A stretch of DNA of 64,000 nt from Malacoraja senta (Eukaryota): contig CM075987.1 in assembly GCA_038087875.1 (NCBI GenBank), positions 19,966,001-20,030,000 on the forward strand, written 5' to 3'. The translations under genes and the position numbers were made by a program. The notes beneath the pieces are model-generated. The model worked only from the letters and a program-made list of their open reading frames with translations, was not told where the DNA came from and did not search any database. Positions 36,960 to 50,164 of the stretch are shown one piece after another. The number at the start of each line of letters is the position of its first letter. Position 1 is the first letter of the stretch.

Positions 36960-39900
36960 TTAATGCCATACTTGATAAACTGACAAAGTAATACCTGGAG
37001 TTAAGTCCTCACTAGTATTCAAGTTAAATATGGTTTTTAGCTGGTTTTTGAGTCCTAGTTTTTTTTTATTTGCATCGCTCTTTGGTTTTACGTCCCAGAG
37101 CCTCATCAAAGAATTTGGTTGCAGCCCTTGTGCATTGTGAACTGTCACTTGCATTGTCCTAGTCAGCATTAGCTTAATTTATATCAAAGATAATTTGTAT
37201 CAAGAACTCTATCTGTGCTTGAAATTTTTTATTTTGAACAGAAGCTAAGCTCTATGGAATATATCTATATGTTTTGAGGCCAATTAGGCAATCCCCTGTT
37301 TAATCCAGGGAATTTTTTAGTTGGATAAAGAACAAAATTGTTTGGATCCATTTTGTTCATTCTGATTATGTGCAAAAGTTAAGCTAGTTCTAATGTTTAT
37401 GCTGATGCATATAAAGTCAACAATCTGTCAATAATGGTAGCATGTGTAAAAATAGAATGAGAGGATATTCCTAAATACAGTTCAGAACTATAATTTGCAA
37501 ATTGTGTGTCCTATTTGGAGGGAACATATTTTTGTTTTTAGCTGAGGGATGTTTGTGAAATGGATATTGCAGTCCTCATAGGAATTTGCCATCCTCCTCC
37601 CAAAACATAATATCATCTGCAAATTTAGATATCATGTTTTTGAGTCTAAATCTTAATTATGAACAACAGTAGTCTCGTTACTGAGCAAATCATTAGTATC
37701 AATAATAGTAACCATGAATCTACAGGCTTGTTGTTAAGCCTATCTATTTTACTCCTGTCATTCTGAGAAGAAAATCACCCATACTTACCAAATTATACGT
37801 GTGACCAGACCTATGTCAAAACATAATAAGCAAAATAGACTAACCACCTGACATCAATCGAGGCACATGGGAAAGGAGCACATAGTAAACCCTGCAAAGT
37901 TCTCATAAATTTCGAGGAGTCACCAGAAGTGGCAATACAGTGGTACACAGTCAGGACAGAATGATCCTGGGCCTGTAAATATTGACACCAGACCCCCTCC
38001 CTGACTTCTCATGGCAAGGAAATAATCACCTACTCAGCTGATGAATCAATGTTCCACATGTTGAATGCTCTTTGGAAGAAGAACTGAGTACTATGAGTGG
38101 ATGAACATTAATGTTCATCAGCAAGAGTGGCATAGCACCATTGGTGCCACCACTGCCATGAAAGGCATGTCTGCTGGTTTAAATTGTGCCAGTTGGTGCA
38201 AAAGGCCACCAAAGTGATACATTTATTTGATTTTTCCCTCATCAATTTTTATTTTGGAAATTCCTCTGTTGTTAATAGTATTGGTCTGCACAGATCATAG
38301 GGACACAAGCTTCCATCATAGAAATAAGGACATCCTTCATTGTGTTGTGTGGAACTAACATAATGATAAATGGGGTGGATGAAGAACATATCTGGTAGCT
38401 CAAAACTTTCATTCACAACATACAGTGAGCCATGAGGTTATTCCACCACAAACCAGCTTTAGGGCATGATATCTTCACTCTACTATTGCCATCTAGCCAA
38501 GGACCCAAGTCTAATCTGGTATGGCCCAGCCACCACACCAGACAACCCTGCCTTTGGCACACTATAAACAACAGAAGTAATAAGACAACAGAGCCAGTCA
38601 GTTCCACAACTAACGCCTCCGATAAAATCAGCAGGTATATAGGAATGCTGTCACTTCCAACCTCCCCTTCATTAAACACTTGCATTTTTGGGTGGCAAAT
38701 ATGCTGAATAACTGCCTAGAGATTCAGTGAATTTTCTTTCATAACATTTCTAGACATTTTTTGTACCATATATTTTTCAAGAATAAAATGCATTAGAATT
38801 TACCACTAAGTTTTAGTACCAAAAAATCAATATAATTATGTAACTTACAAGTATATTTTTATCAGAATAACAGTTCTGATTAAGATGCACAATGTAGCAT
38901 GGTATGTAGCAATGTAGCATACTAATTGTACCAACCAAGCATATGGTGTCAATACTGGCTTCATGTATATGGGGCATGAGATACATTCTAAGAAATTCAC
39001 CATTGCAACATAAGAACTTCATATGCCCATTCAACATGAAACATTTAAAATGTTAGAAGTAATTATTTCCAGCATTGTAAATATTTCATGTTTTGAACAG
39101 TACTTAAGTAATTGGAATTATTATCTGTATGAAATACAGTTATCATATTGTTGTACTCCAAAAGCCAAACACTGGATAGGACAGTGGCAGTGAAATGGTT
39201 TCAAAATGCACGGGTTGTTAAAAGTGTAATTGCTGATAAGTATTAGATTTGGATCTTATTTTCCCTATAATTATGTCTGGCATTATCAACAAACATGCTG
39301 AGATCTGGATAGATCATCAAATAGAACATCTGTTCCCCCTTCCTTTACTTGTTACTTGCTCTGCATCTATATATTTTTTTGGTTGTTTCACTAACTTTTC
39401 CACATAACACAAGTGCTATAGCAACTCATTGGGTCAGACAGCATCTGTGGAGGGAATAGACAGATAATGTTTTGAATTGGAATCCTTCTTCAGACTGATC
39501 TGCTGTTTGATCTTTACTGAATTTTCCCTTCATTTCTGTAATGCTCTGACTTTTTCTAATTTTCCTTTTTTTTAAAATCTTCTCATGGGAGCTGATTATA
39601 GGATCTGCAAGTCAACTAAAGTTTCAAAGGAACAGTACATCATAGAAAGTCCAAGTTCAATTGTTTTTGTAATTATACATCATATTCTCTACTAATTTCT
39701 AATGAAGATTATATAATTTGCATTCCTTTAGTTTACTCTTTATCAACTATTGTTTAAAAGTAGTTTTAAAATCAATTTTCAAGACTTTCTTTAAAAGTAA
39801 ATACTCAATCTTTTCCCTTTGTTATCTTAAATTCTCCTTTCTCAGTCATCTGTCCTCTCTCTGAACACGTACATTATTTCAACAAAGAACCAATCATACT

Positions 39901-41694
39901 TCAGCCAAGATTTCACTTGCTTACAGACATTACACACAGATTTAATAATTTGATAAGTAAATAAATGAAACTAAGGGGAGTAGTTTTTCAGTTCAGTTGC
40001 ATGGAACAGTATCTAATCAGCCAAATAAAACTGGACTTAGTCTCCTGCACAGACTTTTTGCCCACTGTCCCTGCCAACCAACACTTTTTTGGTCATGATG
40101 CAGAAGATCGACCAAATTGACCCCCCTGCCAGATGGTCTGGCTAAGTTTAGCAAGGCCTCAGCAATAAATAGGCCTCAGCCAGCTGGGCCTATGCCTGGA
40201 ACTCGTTGACAGCTCTTGACAAGAGGCAAAGCTGGGGGTGAATCTTTGCCTTTGTTATTCTTAATGTTTTTCAAATAATTTTCAAATGATTAAGATTATT
40301 GTAAATAATTTCAAATCCTGTGCCAATTCTGACTGAACTATGCTTGGACAGGTGGATTCCAGCAAAATGCTGGAAAAATCCCAGCAAGGAACAGCATCAT
40401 TCCTTGTACTGTAGGTCTTGGACTTATAACAAATGACGCTTGCATCCGGACCATAATTACCTGGGAGGTTGCTGCAGCCAGCATGATTCATCCCCATGTT
40501 ATTTATTCTCTTCTCTGGCCACCAGTTAACTATATGCAGCAGCTACTTACTCGACTTGTTTATAATTTTCTGCATTTTGTGTTGATGGACAGCCAAACAT
40601 GATTATTATCGTTATTTGTTTATTAGCCAACAGTTACTAGATTCTTATACAGTTCCGCAAGGCTTTCTGACAGCTGACCACTCTTGGCTAGAAGATCACA
40701 GGTCGACGTTTGCATCTCCAAAATCCAATTGGGCCTGAGAAAATTTCAGCATTACATTGCTCATTGGCAGCTTAACTGCCAATAGTTAACATGGACTTGT
40801 TTCTCTCCATTAGTAGTGCTGAAGATTTCTTCTATGCTCCTTCATCGATTTGTCACAGCTTCCAGCACAGTTACTGTCTACTATCAAATTCTAATCCTCA
40901 AGAAAATGAGGTGCACTTTTCTGCAACATTGTGTCTCTCTCTGGTACTCCATACTGATGTTTCTTGGGGTGCTGGTGTCATAGATTTAGATATTTCAAAT
41001 TTATTGTTGCTGTCTGTTATTTGACAAATGAGGACCTAGCTTTTGGCCACAAGAGAAAATAGTTGGTGAAAGACATGATCCAAATCCTCTGAACGACAGT
41101 AATCTTGGCAGAGATCATCATCTCCAATCATCTCTGCTGGATGAGGTTCAAAGGTCTCTGCAGAGAGTCAATGGTAAGAGGTTATATCATCCTTGCAGCA
41201 CTGCACAGTCCAAAATACATTCCCAGATCCATTATCTTGTCTTTGCCGTCCACTGGTTAACTATAGGTGGCATGGCAATCGGCACACGCATTGTTCACTC
41301 CTGCAAGATCTTCAAATGAGAGCCTCGGTAGTTGTGGAGCAGAGCAACATGGCAGGAAGCAAAACGTGAACTACAAGGTCAGGACTTATTTGGCAATCAG
41401 CTTATTCAGAAAAATGTTTCCCTTCTGAGCTGTGCCAACAGTTGTTATGCAGTTGGCCAAAAAACGGCTGAGTGCCAAGCCAACAGATGATAAACAGCAC
41501 TATTTGGCAAAATGCATCTTTAGAGTTTATGAGTCATCGACACAAAATTTGCAAAATTTTGTTTAAAATAATTCTAATAGTGAGTGGCTACAATTAAAGT
41601 TTAAATATTAAAGGAAAGATTTAGAATTGATACTTTGAAATTTGTAACAATCAAATCTTATTCAAAAGTTTGTAATCTGAAGAAAAATAACTCA

Positions 41695-43112
41695 GATACC
41701 TTCCCCCACAACCATAGGAGATGCAACACCTGTTCCTATACCTCCTCCCTCGACTCTGTCTGGGGACCCCGACAGTCCTTTCAGGTTAGGCAGAGGTTCA
41801 CTTGCACCTCCCCCAACCTCATCTCCTTTAAACGTTGTTCAAAGTGTGGACTCCTATACATAGGCGAGACCAAACGTAGATTGGGCAATTTTTTCGCTGA
41901 ACACCTTCGCTCACTCAATAGACAATAGGTGCAGGAGTAAGCCATTCGGCCCTTCGAGCCAGTGTGATTCAATGTGATCATGGCTGATCATCCACAATCA
42001 GTACCCCGTTCCTGCCTTCTCCCCATATCTCCTGACTTTATTATCTTTAAGAGCCCTATCTAGCTCTCTCTTGAAAGTAACCAGAGAACCGGCCTCCACC
42101 GCCCTCTGAGGCAGAGAATTCCACAGACTCGCAATTCTCTGTGTGAAAAAGTGTTTCCTCATTTCAGTTCTAAATGGCTTACCCCTTATTCTTAAACTGT
42201 GGCCCCTGATTCTGGACTCCCACAACATCGGGAACATGTTTCCTGCCTCTAGCGTGTCCAAACCCTTAATAATCTTATATGTTTCAATAAGATCCCCTCT
42301 CATCCTTCTAAATTCCAGAGTATTCAAGCCCAGTCGCTCCATTCTCTCAGCAAATGACAGCCCCGCCATCCCGGGAATTAACCTTGTGAACCTACGCTGC
42401 ACTCCCTCAATAGCAAGAACTTCCTTCCTCAAATTTGGAGAGCAAAATTGCACACAATACTCCAGGTGTGGTCTCACTAGGGCCCAGTACAACTGCAGAA
42501 GGACCTCTTTGCTCCTATACTCAACTCCTCTTGTTATGAAGGCCAACATGCCATTCGCTTTCTTCACTGCCTGCTGTACCTGCACCTGGACCTACCTGAT
42601 CTCCTGGTTGCCAAACACTAATTCCTCTTCCTATTCCCACGCAGACCTTTGTGTCCTGGGCCTCCTCCATTGTCAGAGTGAAGCCAAATGCAAATTGGAG
42701 GAACAGCACCTCATATTTCACTTGGGCAGCTCACAACCCAGCAATATGAATATTGATTTCTCTTACTTCAAGTTACCCTTGCATCGCCTCTTTCTCCATC
42801 TCTCCCCCACCCGTTGTACTAACTTCAAAGTTATCTTGTTGAGTCTCATTGTCTGTAACTCGTTTTCACATAGCCCACAGCTAACAATGGCCTGTTTCTT
42901 TTATCATTGCTACTTTTTTGCATATATTTTATTCATTTCTTCTATATCACTATATCTCTCATTTCATTTACCCCTGACTCAATCTGAAGAAGGGTCTCGA
43001 CCCAAAATGTCACCATTCCTTTTCTCCAGAGATGCTGCCTGACCTGCTGAATTACTCCAGCTTTTTGTGTCTATCTTTGGTTTAAACCAGCATCTGCAGT
43101 TCCTTCCTACAC
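41695..43112 (+). mobile_element. Second Neptune-type Penelope-like 3' fragment, split by a CR1
   Basis: RRCNTC..FTCTSPNLI..RCSKCGLLYIGETKRRLG..FAEHLRS (to 41916) resumes at 42583 (LGLLHCQSEAKCKLEEQHLIFHLGSSQP); terminal repeat 42983-43112. Confidence 0.88.
41917..42584 (-). mobile_element. Young 5'-truncated CR1 with an open ORF2 C-terminus
   Basis: ORF 41998-42585 (KANGMLAFI, LVRPHLEYCVQF, VQRRFTRLIPG, RGDLIETYKI); CAATAGA tail. Confidence 0.92.
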
Positions 43113-43377
43113 TCTAAATTGTGGTTCCTGTTTTTATGTGTTGTCTATCATACTCAATGCAATACAATTGATGTGTCTTTGTTGAAATGAATGATGCACA
43201 GCTCTGGATATTTGTTTTGAGAGAAGAATAAGGAATAATGCAATACATATAGAATTAAACTACATTATAGATGTAGTACATTACAGTATACAATCGTATT
43301 GTAACAGTCTGCATTGAAAGAAGTTAGGGATGATAAGTGATGACAAATAATAAGTGTTATACATTGATGCATATGAC

Positions 43378-44600
43378 CATAACAAATCATAAGATCATAA
43401 GTTATAAGATCATAAGTGATAGGAGTAGAATTAGGGCATTCGGCCCATTAAGTCTACTCCGCCATTCAATGAATAATGAATGAATAAAAACTTTTATTAG
43501 CCAAGTATGTGTATATATAAGGAATTTGCCTTGGTGCGTTGCTCGCAAAAGGATAAAAACACAATATACAGCAGACAATTAAAATTAAAACATTATAATT
43601 TAAACATGTGAAAATAAAGTACCAGAGTAATAAGAGGCTACAGACTTTTGGCTGTTGAGTAGAGATACTGCTCGTGGTAAAAAGCTGTTTTTATGTCTGG
43701 CTGTGGTGGCTTTGATAGTCTGGAGTTGCCTCCCAGAAGGAAGTACTTCAAATAGTTTGTGGTTAGGGTGAGAGGGGTCAGATATGATCTTACCCGCTCG
43801 CTTCCTGGCCCTTGCAGTGTACAGTTCGTCAATGGGGGGAAGGCTGCAGCCAACAACTTTCTCGGCTGATCGAACGATGCGCTGCAGCCTCCGGATGTCA
43901 TGCTTGGTGGCTGAACCAAATCAGACCATGATGGAGAAGGTGAGGCCAGACTCTATGATGGTAGTGTAAAACTGGACCATCACTACCTGTGGCAGGTTGT
44001 GTTTCCTCAGCTGCAGCAGGAAGTATATCCTCTGTTGGACCTTTTTGACTGTGGAGTCGATGGTGACCTCCCATTTAAGGTCCCTGGAGATTATGGTTCC
44101 GATGAATTTAAATGACTCTACAGTTGTGACTGTAGTGTTGTTGATGATGAGTGGGGGGAGGGGAGGGGGAGCTCTCCTAAAGTCTACAATCAATTCCACT
44201 GTCTTAAGAGCATTGAGCTCCACATTGTTGCGATGGCACCAGGACGCCAGCTGTGTCACCTCCTGCCTATAGGCAGATTCCTCCCCATCCTGGATCAGTC
44301 CAATCAGGGTTGTGTTGTCCGCAAACTTAAGCTTGACAGAGGAGTCTGGATGTGCAGTCATTGGTGTAGAGAGAGTAAAGGAGAGTGGGGAGTACACAGC
44401 CTTGCGGTACTCCTGTGCTGAGGGTCAGCAGGTCCGAGATGTACATTGGCGATCTATCTCTCCCTCCTAACCCCATTCTCCTGCCTTCTCCCCATAACCT
44501 CTGACACCCGTACTAATCTTTGCTTTAAATATATTCACTGACCTTGCCTCCACAGCTTTCTGTGACAAAGTATTCCACAGATTCACCACCCTGTGAATCC
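43378..44600 (-). mobile_element. CR1 3' fragment (43378-43470 plus 44444-44600) split by a Rex/Babar LINE
   Basis: ...CCGCCATTCAAT breaks off and TGGCGATCTATCTCTCCCTCC resumes; the same stretch is contiguous at 3075-3110. Confidence 0.75.
43471..44442 (-). mobile_element. 5'-truncated Rex1/Babar-type LINE
   Basis: ORF 43921-44397 (KFADNTTLIGLI..ESAYRQEV..WC..N..KT.ELIVDFRR..FKFIGT.I...LKW..KK.QQR.YFL..LRK); (AATG)n-like tail. Confidence 0.85.
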
Positions 44601-45343
44601 AATCTGCTGTGGCAGCGTCAAATATTTGCACATCGAAGATAGCAACTGCAGTAACAAATGTGTACCAATGCATTCAAGATACTGACATTGAATCAGCAAT
44701 GCAGAGGAGTCCTGATATTTTCCTTTAGAGTTAACACCAAAGATCCAACTTAACACCAACAGATAATCATTATTAGCAAATGACATCCAAGGCAAATTAC
44801 ATTGAGCAAAGAGCTGTGGTTAAGCGATTGGTTTAATGGTTACAATTCCAAATAAAAATGTTCCATGAATCATCAATTAACTCCATTTGTTCATCACCCT
44901 ATGGTTTCTCTGCTACAGTGACAACCTTGAATATATCTTTCAAAAAGCCACGACGGCATTTCTTTATTTGATGTAGTCATACAGCTCTATGTTACCATAG
45001 TTAGACACAATGCAGAGCTTCCTTTGGTTTACCCCCCCCCCAACCCCCTCAAATAGACAGCAATGTAATACAACTTAATTTTTCTTTCAACCATGTTTAA
45101 CTGAGTTAAACCCAAATTTGCTGGAACCAAACAGTCAGCTGTTAAATGGGTTTCATTCTGAGGGAAGATATTAGTCATTTCTCATGACTGACTGCACTCC
45201 CTTCTCTGTCTCATGCACCACTCCAACAGTGATGCTTTTAGTGGTATAATTTTAGATGATTCACCAGAGACTGTCTGGAGTCTAATTTATCCTTGGCCAA
45301 GTATTGAAATTGGATATTGCTTAGAGGCTTATGCTATTTACAT

Positions 45344-45543
45344 NNNNNNNNNNNNNNNNNNNNNNNNNNNNNNNNNNNNNNNNNNNNNNNNNNNNNNNNN
45401 NNNNNNNNNNNNNNNNNNNNNNNNNNNNNNNNNNNNNNNNNNNNNNNNNNNNNNNNNNNNNNNNNNNNNNNNNNNNNNNNNNNNNNNNNNNNNNNNNNNN
45501 NNNNNNNNNNNNNNNNNNNNNNNNNNNNNNNNNNNNNNNNNNN
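45344..45543. other. Assembly gap (200 N)
   Basis: Run of 200 n characters. Confidence 1.
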
Positions 45544-45570
45544 GGCTCTCTTATTATGATCATCATCATA

Positions 45571-47255
45571 TCATATACTTATTAAAACTCTGTGTGTGTG
45601 TGTGTGTGCATGCGTGCGTGTGCGCGTGTGTGTGTGTCGTTTTGCCTTTGAATTACATCTCCTCGGAAACCCGACGCCGAAACGGTGATATTTTTAAATG
45701 TTCCGGTAGAGATTTACCTTATGATTTCAAAAATCCACTCCTCTGTAAATTTGGTTAATTATTTCCCGAGATTTTTTAACCAAAATTCATCTCCAAACTG
45801 ACATTTTTTTCAAATCTGACCGCTGGCCAGCTGATGACGTCACAATGCCTTTGCTCATGGCCCAGCTGACTCGTGACCCTGCCGCCCCCAGCTCTGGATT
45901 AAAGCAGCTGCTGTCAATGCGCAGGCACATTGTTTTCCACGAGTTACGCACCACCCCCCCCCCCCGTTCTTCAAGACGCAGAAACAACGAGCAAGTTCTG
46001 CAGATCCCAAGGTCACCGGAGGTCACCAGCTTGCTTTTGAAGAACTCGCCCGACCACGCCGATCGCAAGACCTTTGAAAAAACTACGCTGTCTTCTTGCT
46101 CGCACTGCCCGGAGCGAGGGAGCTAGTGATTATTGCGTTCGAAAACCAGCCCTCACCTCTGACGACGCACCCCCCCCACCCCTCAAACTCTCCCCCCTGC
46201 TCCCTCTCTGCCCCCCCTCATGCTCCCTCTCGCCCCCCCCCTCTCCCCCCATCCCTCTCTGTGCCTCTGTGTCCCCCTCTGTGCCTCTGTGTCCCTCTCT
46301 GTGCCCCTCTCTGTGTCCCTGTGTCCCTCTCTCCCCACTACCCTCCTCTGCACCTCCTCTCTCCCCACTCCTCTCTCCCCTCTACCCCCCCACCTCCCCT
46401 CTCTCACCCTCTCTTCCCCCTCCTCTCTCTCCCCTCCTCTCTCGCCCCCTCCCCCTCCCTCCCCCTCCTCTATCTCCCCCTCCTCTCTCTCCCCCCTTCG
46501 CCCTGCTCTCCCCCTGCTCTCTCTCCCCCTGCTCTCTCTCCCCCTGCTCTCTCCCCCTGCTCTCTCCCCCTGCTCTCTCCCCCTGCTCTCTCCCCCTGCT
46601 CTCTCTCCCCCTGCTCTCTCTCCCCCTGCTCTCTCTCCCACTGCTCTCTCTCCCCCTGCTCTCTCTCCCCCTGCTCTCTCTCCCCTCCTCTCTCTCCCCC
46701 TCCTCTCTCTCCCCCTCCTCTCTCTCTCCCCCTCTCTCTCTCCCCCTCCTCCTCTCTCCACCTCCCCCTCTCCACCTCCCCCCTCTCCACCTCCCCCTCT
46801 CCACCTCCCCCTCTCCACCTCCCCCCTCCACCTCCCCCTCTCCACCTCCCCCTCTCCACCTCCCCCTCTCCACCTCCCCCTCTCCACCTCCCCCTCTCCA
46901 CCTCCCCCTCTCCACCTCCCCCTCTCCACCTCCCCCTCTCCACCTCCCCCTCTCCACCTCCCCCTCTCCACCTCCCCTCTCCACCTCCCCCTCTCCACCT
47001 CCCCCTCTCCACCTCCCCCTCTCCCCTCTCCCCTCTCCCCTCCCCCTCCAGCTCCACTCCCCAATCTCTCCCCCTTCTCCCCACTCCCCACTCTCCTCCC
47101 CCTCTTCCCCCTCCCCTCTCCCCCTCTCCCACCCCTCTCACCCCCTCCTCCCCCCCCCCCGTGTGTGTGGGGGATGGTTAGTGTGTGTGTGACACCACAG
47201 GCACCCCGCATCCGCACGTTGAGGGGACGGGACCCAACGGGTCCCCCTTGGTCTA

Positions 47256-47256
<1 letters not shown>
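45571..47256 (+). mobile_element. Non-autonomous Helitron-like element
   Basis: a|TCATATACTTATTAAAA 5' end; 3' hairpin GGGACCC-aac-GGGTCCC (47229-47245), 7 nt, then CTAG|t; sits between A and T with no TSD. Confidence 0.68.
46160..47160. repeat. About 1-kb polypyrimidine minisatellite and low-complexity tract
   Basis: CTCCCCCTGCTCT(CT) units ~46505-46680 and CCACCTCCCCCTCT 14-mers ~46758-47020. Confidence 0.95.

Positions 47257-47291
<35 letters not shown>
47257..47291. repeat. (TTA)n microsatellite
   Basis: Direct reading. Confidence 0.95.
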
Positions 47292-47379
47292 GTAGTGGTA
47301 GTAAACAAAAGACTGTTTGACATAATGGTATCTGTAATGCTATGGTTGGCGTTGTTGTTTAGAAATGCCAGTAAATAAT

Positions 47380-48550
47380 AAGGTCACAATAAGTAGATAC
47401 ATTTCAGGCTGGAGAGACGTAACAAGCAAAGTAGCCTCGCTATTGGTTCTTGGCCCTCAATTGTTTACTATTTGCATTAATGTCCTGAAGAACTTAAGGT
47501 TTTCAAGTTTGCGGATGATACAAAAATAGATGTAAAGGCATGTTGTGATGAGAACGCTGTTATTCTGTAACAGGATATGGATAGATTGAGTGTTTAGACA
47601 TAAACCTGGCTAATGGAGTTTAATGTGAGGAAGTGTTAGGTCATGCCCAGGTAAAAGGAATTAAAAGGTGGATTGTTACAAAAGCGAGAAATGAATGAAA
47701 TTCCGAAGGATCCAGACGTTCTCATGCATGAATCACAAAAGGTTAGCAAGAGTCCCACAAATAATTGATAAATGGCACGTTGGCCTTTATTATTGCTAAG
47801 GGGTTGGAGTTTAAGATTAGGTATGTTTTGTTGCAGTTGTTCGAGACGCTGGTGAGGCCACACCATGCACAGTTTCGGATCCCTTATCCAAAAAATAATA
47901 CAGCAGCATTGAAGACAATCCGAAGAAGATACACCAAATGTGTGGCATAGTGGCTAGCTTACAGCGCCAGAGGCCCTGATTCCATCCTGACTCTAAGTGC
48001 TGTCTGTACAGAGTTTGTACATTCTCCCTGTTACCCTGTGGGTTTTCCCCGGGTGCTCCAGTTTCCTCCCACTTTCCAAAGGTATGCAGGTTTGTAGGTT
48101 AATTGGCTTCTGTAAATTGTCCCGAGTGTGTAGGAAAAAGAGAATGTACAGGTGATCGCTGGTCGGCATGGACTCGGTGGGCCGTAGGGCCTGTATTCAT
48201 GTTAAAAACTAAAACTAAGCTGAACTAAACGAGAGGGTTGCCCCCATCACATTTAAATGGGGACATAAGAGGCGAATCATTTAAAACTGAAGCTGTAGAC
48301 ATTTATTCTCTCATGGGCTAGTGAATTTGGGGTTTTCGCTGTCCCCAAAGGTGGTGGAAATCAGATCATCTGATATGTTTATGGTGAAGATCGATAAATG
48401 TTTTAAACTCGGAGGAATTGATGTTTTGGGAGAAATGGTACAGAAAATGAGTTGAAACCACCAAAGATCAGCCATGATCATATTGCATGGTGACTCAGGC
48501 ATGAGGGGCCTGTGGACATTCTCCTTCTCCTACTTTCCTGTGTTCTTGTG
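47380..48550 (+). mobile_element. Old CR1 fragment interrupted by a SINE
   Basis: LGPQLFTI, KFADDTKI (~47505), NGTLAFI and LVRPH (ORF 47765); 3' UTR ~48400-48545. Confidence 0.75.
47942..48230 (+). mobile_element. tRNA-derived V-SINE (HE1-like)
   Basis: Box A-like TGGCATAGTGG and box B-like GATTCCATCC; V-domain-like GAGTTTGTACATTCTCCC..GTGGGTTTTCCCCGGGTGCTCC.GTTTCCTCCCAC; (ACTAA)n tail. Confidence 0.8.
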
Positions 48551-49279
48551 TCCAAAATATTCCAAATTAGCTACAGATTTCATCTGGTTTAGCACCATAA
48601 CATTGATGTGGTCAAAATGCATCTATTTTCTTTTCAAAAACAACTGAATGCAGATGCAATTTGACACAAAAACTATTGTTACTGCTATACGTCAGCAAAT
48701 CCAATCCATGGACATGCACAGTTTAAAATTGCAAATTCCAAATTATTCTGCAGTTCTGGGGGCTCAATCTGCCAAAATGTTCCTGTTGGATTTCCCATTG
48801 GCACTGGGTAATTGTGTCAAATCCAGCACCAGTTTATTTCAATGAGAATTGTAGGAATGTGGAAAAGAGAGCAAAGGGGAGGTAAATTCCTTTATTGACA
48901 GTTTTATTTGTATTTTAAATCTTTTTTTATTTTTTTAAACTTTTTTTTTTAAATTGTGCTTCATTATTAAATGTATTATGTGACAGTAACATTTATAGGA
49001 ATGTACACTTTCAGATTTGATAACCAGTAAAACAAAAGACAGGAAATTGGCTAATTGTCAGATACTTTTAGGGGAGATATGGAGTGGTGTTTCTTCCCTC
49101 AGGTCAAGTTGACTGGAGTCCATGATGCATGATCTCATGAACTCATGTATGGCTTTCACACCTGGATGAAATAAGTTTGTGCGGTGACAATGGGTGACAA
49201 TTGCAAGTTGCTTACATAGGCCATTATCTTTCACACTTATGGTCTATCTATACATATCATCTTTTATTTTATCTCTAAG

Positions 49280-49333
49280 GGTTTTCCAGGAGATATTGGA
49301 CCACCAGGGCATAATGGTCCAGAAGGCCAAAAG
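49280..49333 (+). CDS. col27a1: Collagen exon 8 (54 bp): GFPGDIGPPGHNGPEGQK
   Basis: tctaag|GGT...AAG|gtgagc; six triplets; close to recalled COL27A1 GFPGDIGPPGDNGPEGMK. Confidence 0.92.
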
Positions 49334-49594
49334 GTGAGCAGATTTATTTGGCTTTTCCATTCCGGCAAACAATTAGACAACTAAAACAATGTCCTGACTT
49401 CAATATTTGGTTATGTTTCAAACAAATGTCCTTACTTGACTAACAGTACTTGTATTTTTATAAATACCTCACTAATTATTTAAAAAAGTAACAAATGCTG
49501 GAAGACCGCAATTTGGAAAGTCAGATGTGGTGGCTGCAGTAGTTATTCCCTTACAAAGATAAACTACATTTAAGTTTCTTTATTTTTTTTACAG

Positions 49595-49648
49595 GGGAAA
49601 CCTGGAGCACGAGGTCTACCTGGACCACAGGGCATGGGTGGTCGAGAG
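49595..49648 (+). CDS. col27a1: Collagen exon 9 (54 bp): GKPGARGLPGPQGMGGRE
   Basis: ttacag|GGG...GAG|gtaagt; six triplets; GKPGARGLPGP fits recalled COL27A1 better than COL24A1. Confidence 0.92.
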
Positions 49649-49763
49649 GTAAGTCCTGAGAGAAAACTATATTGGTAAGTAAAGAATGGGAATAATTGGA
49701 TCCTCCTCAGGTTGATAGGATGGGGCACCATAGGGCTCGGTTATTCACAGTCCGGATCAATGA

Positions 49764-49905
49764 GGTTTGTAGGTTAATTCGTTTTGGTAAAATTGTAAAT
49801 TGTCCCTAGTGTGTTGGATAGTGTTAGTGTACAGGGTGATCGCTGGTCTGCGCGGACTCAGTGGGCCGAAGGGCCTGTTTTTCTGCTGTATCTCTAAAGT
49901 CTAAA
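49764..49905 (+). mobile_element. SINE 3' part
   Basis: Matches the 3' half of 47942-48230; CTAAAGTCTAAA tail. Confidence 0.75.
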
Positions 49906-50164
49906 TAGTATTTATAGCAGGATATTTTAAAAAATAGGCAACTCAGGCCAACAGACATGTTTCCCAATTTATGGAAATAAATTTCTGGTTTCTTCATTCC
50001 AATTAACAAAGAATTTGTAGGTGAGATAATGACAATAATCCTCCTATTGCAGTTATTTTAGCATGTCCACGGGGTAAGATGTTTGAAGTAAAAATTTTAA
50101 TGTGTATTACAATAACCAGTGCATATTATTAATTGACATTCGCTTTTCACATGCTTTATTAAAG

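Noticed and set aside
40300..41480. Possible ancient retroelement coding remnant; similar impression at 37860-38400 and 56400-56860
   Set aside because: No motif could be read with confidence by eye; needs BLASTX or a Dfam search.
42143..43042. 299-aa + strand ORF
   Set aside because: A chimera of the CR1 antisense frame and the Penelope endonuclease tail, not a host gene.
45213..45758. ORFs spanning the N run
   Set aside because: They are open only because of the assembly gap.
46074..47320. Six long overlapping Pro/Ser/Leu-rich or Gly/Glu/Arg-rich ORFs
   Set aside because: Artefacts of a stop-free C/T minisatellite.
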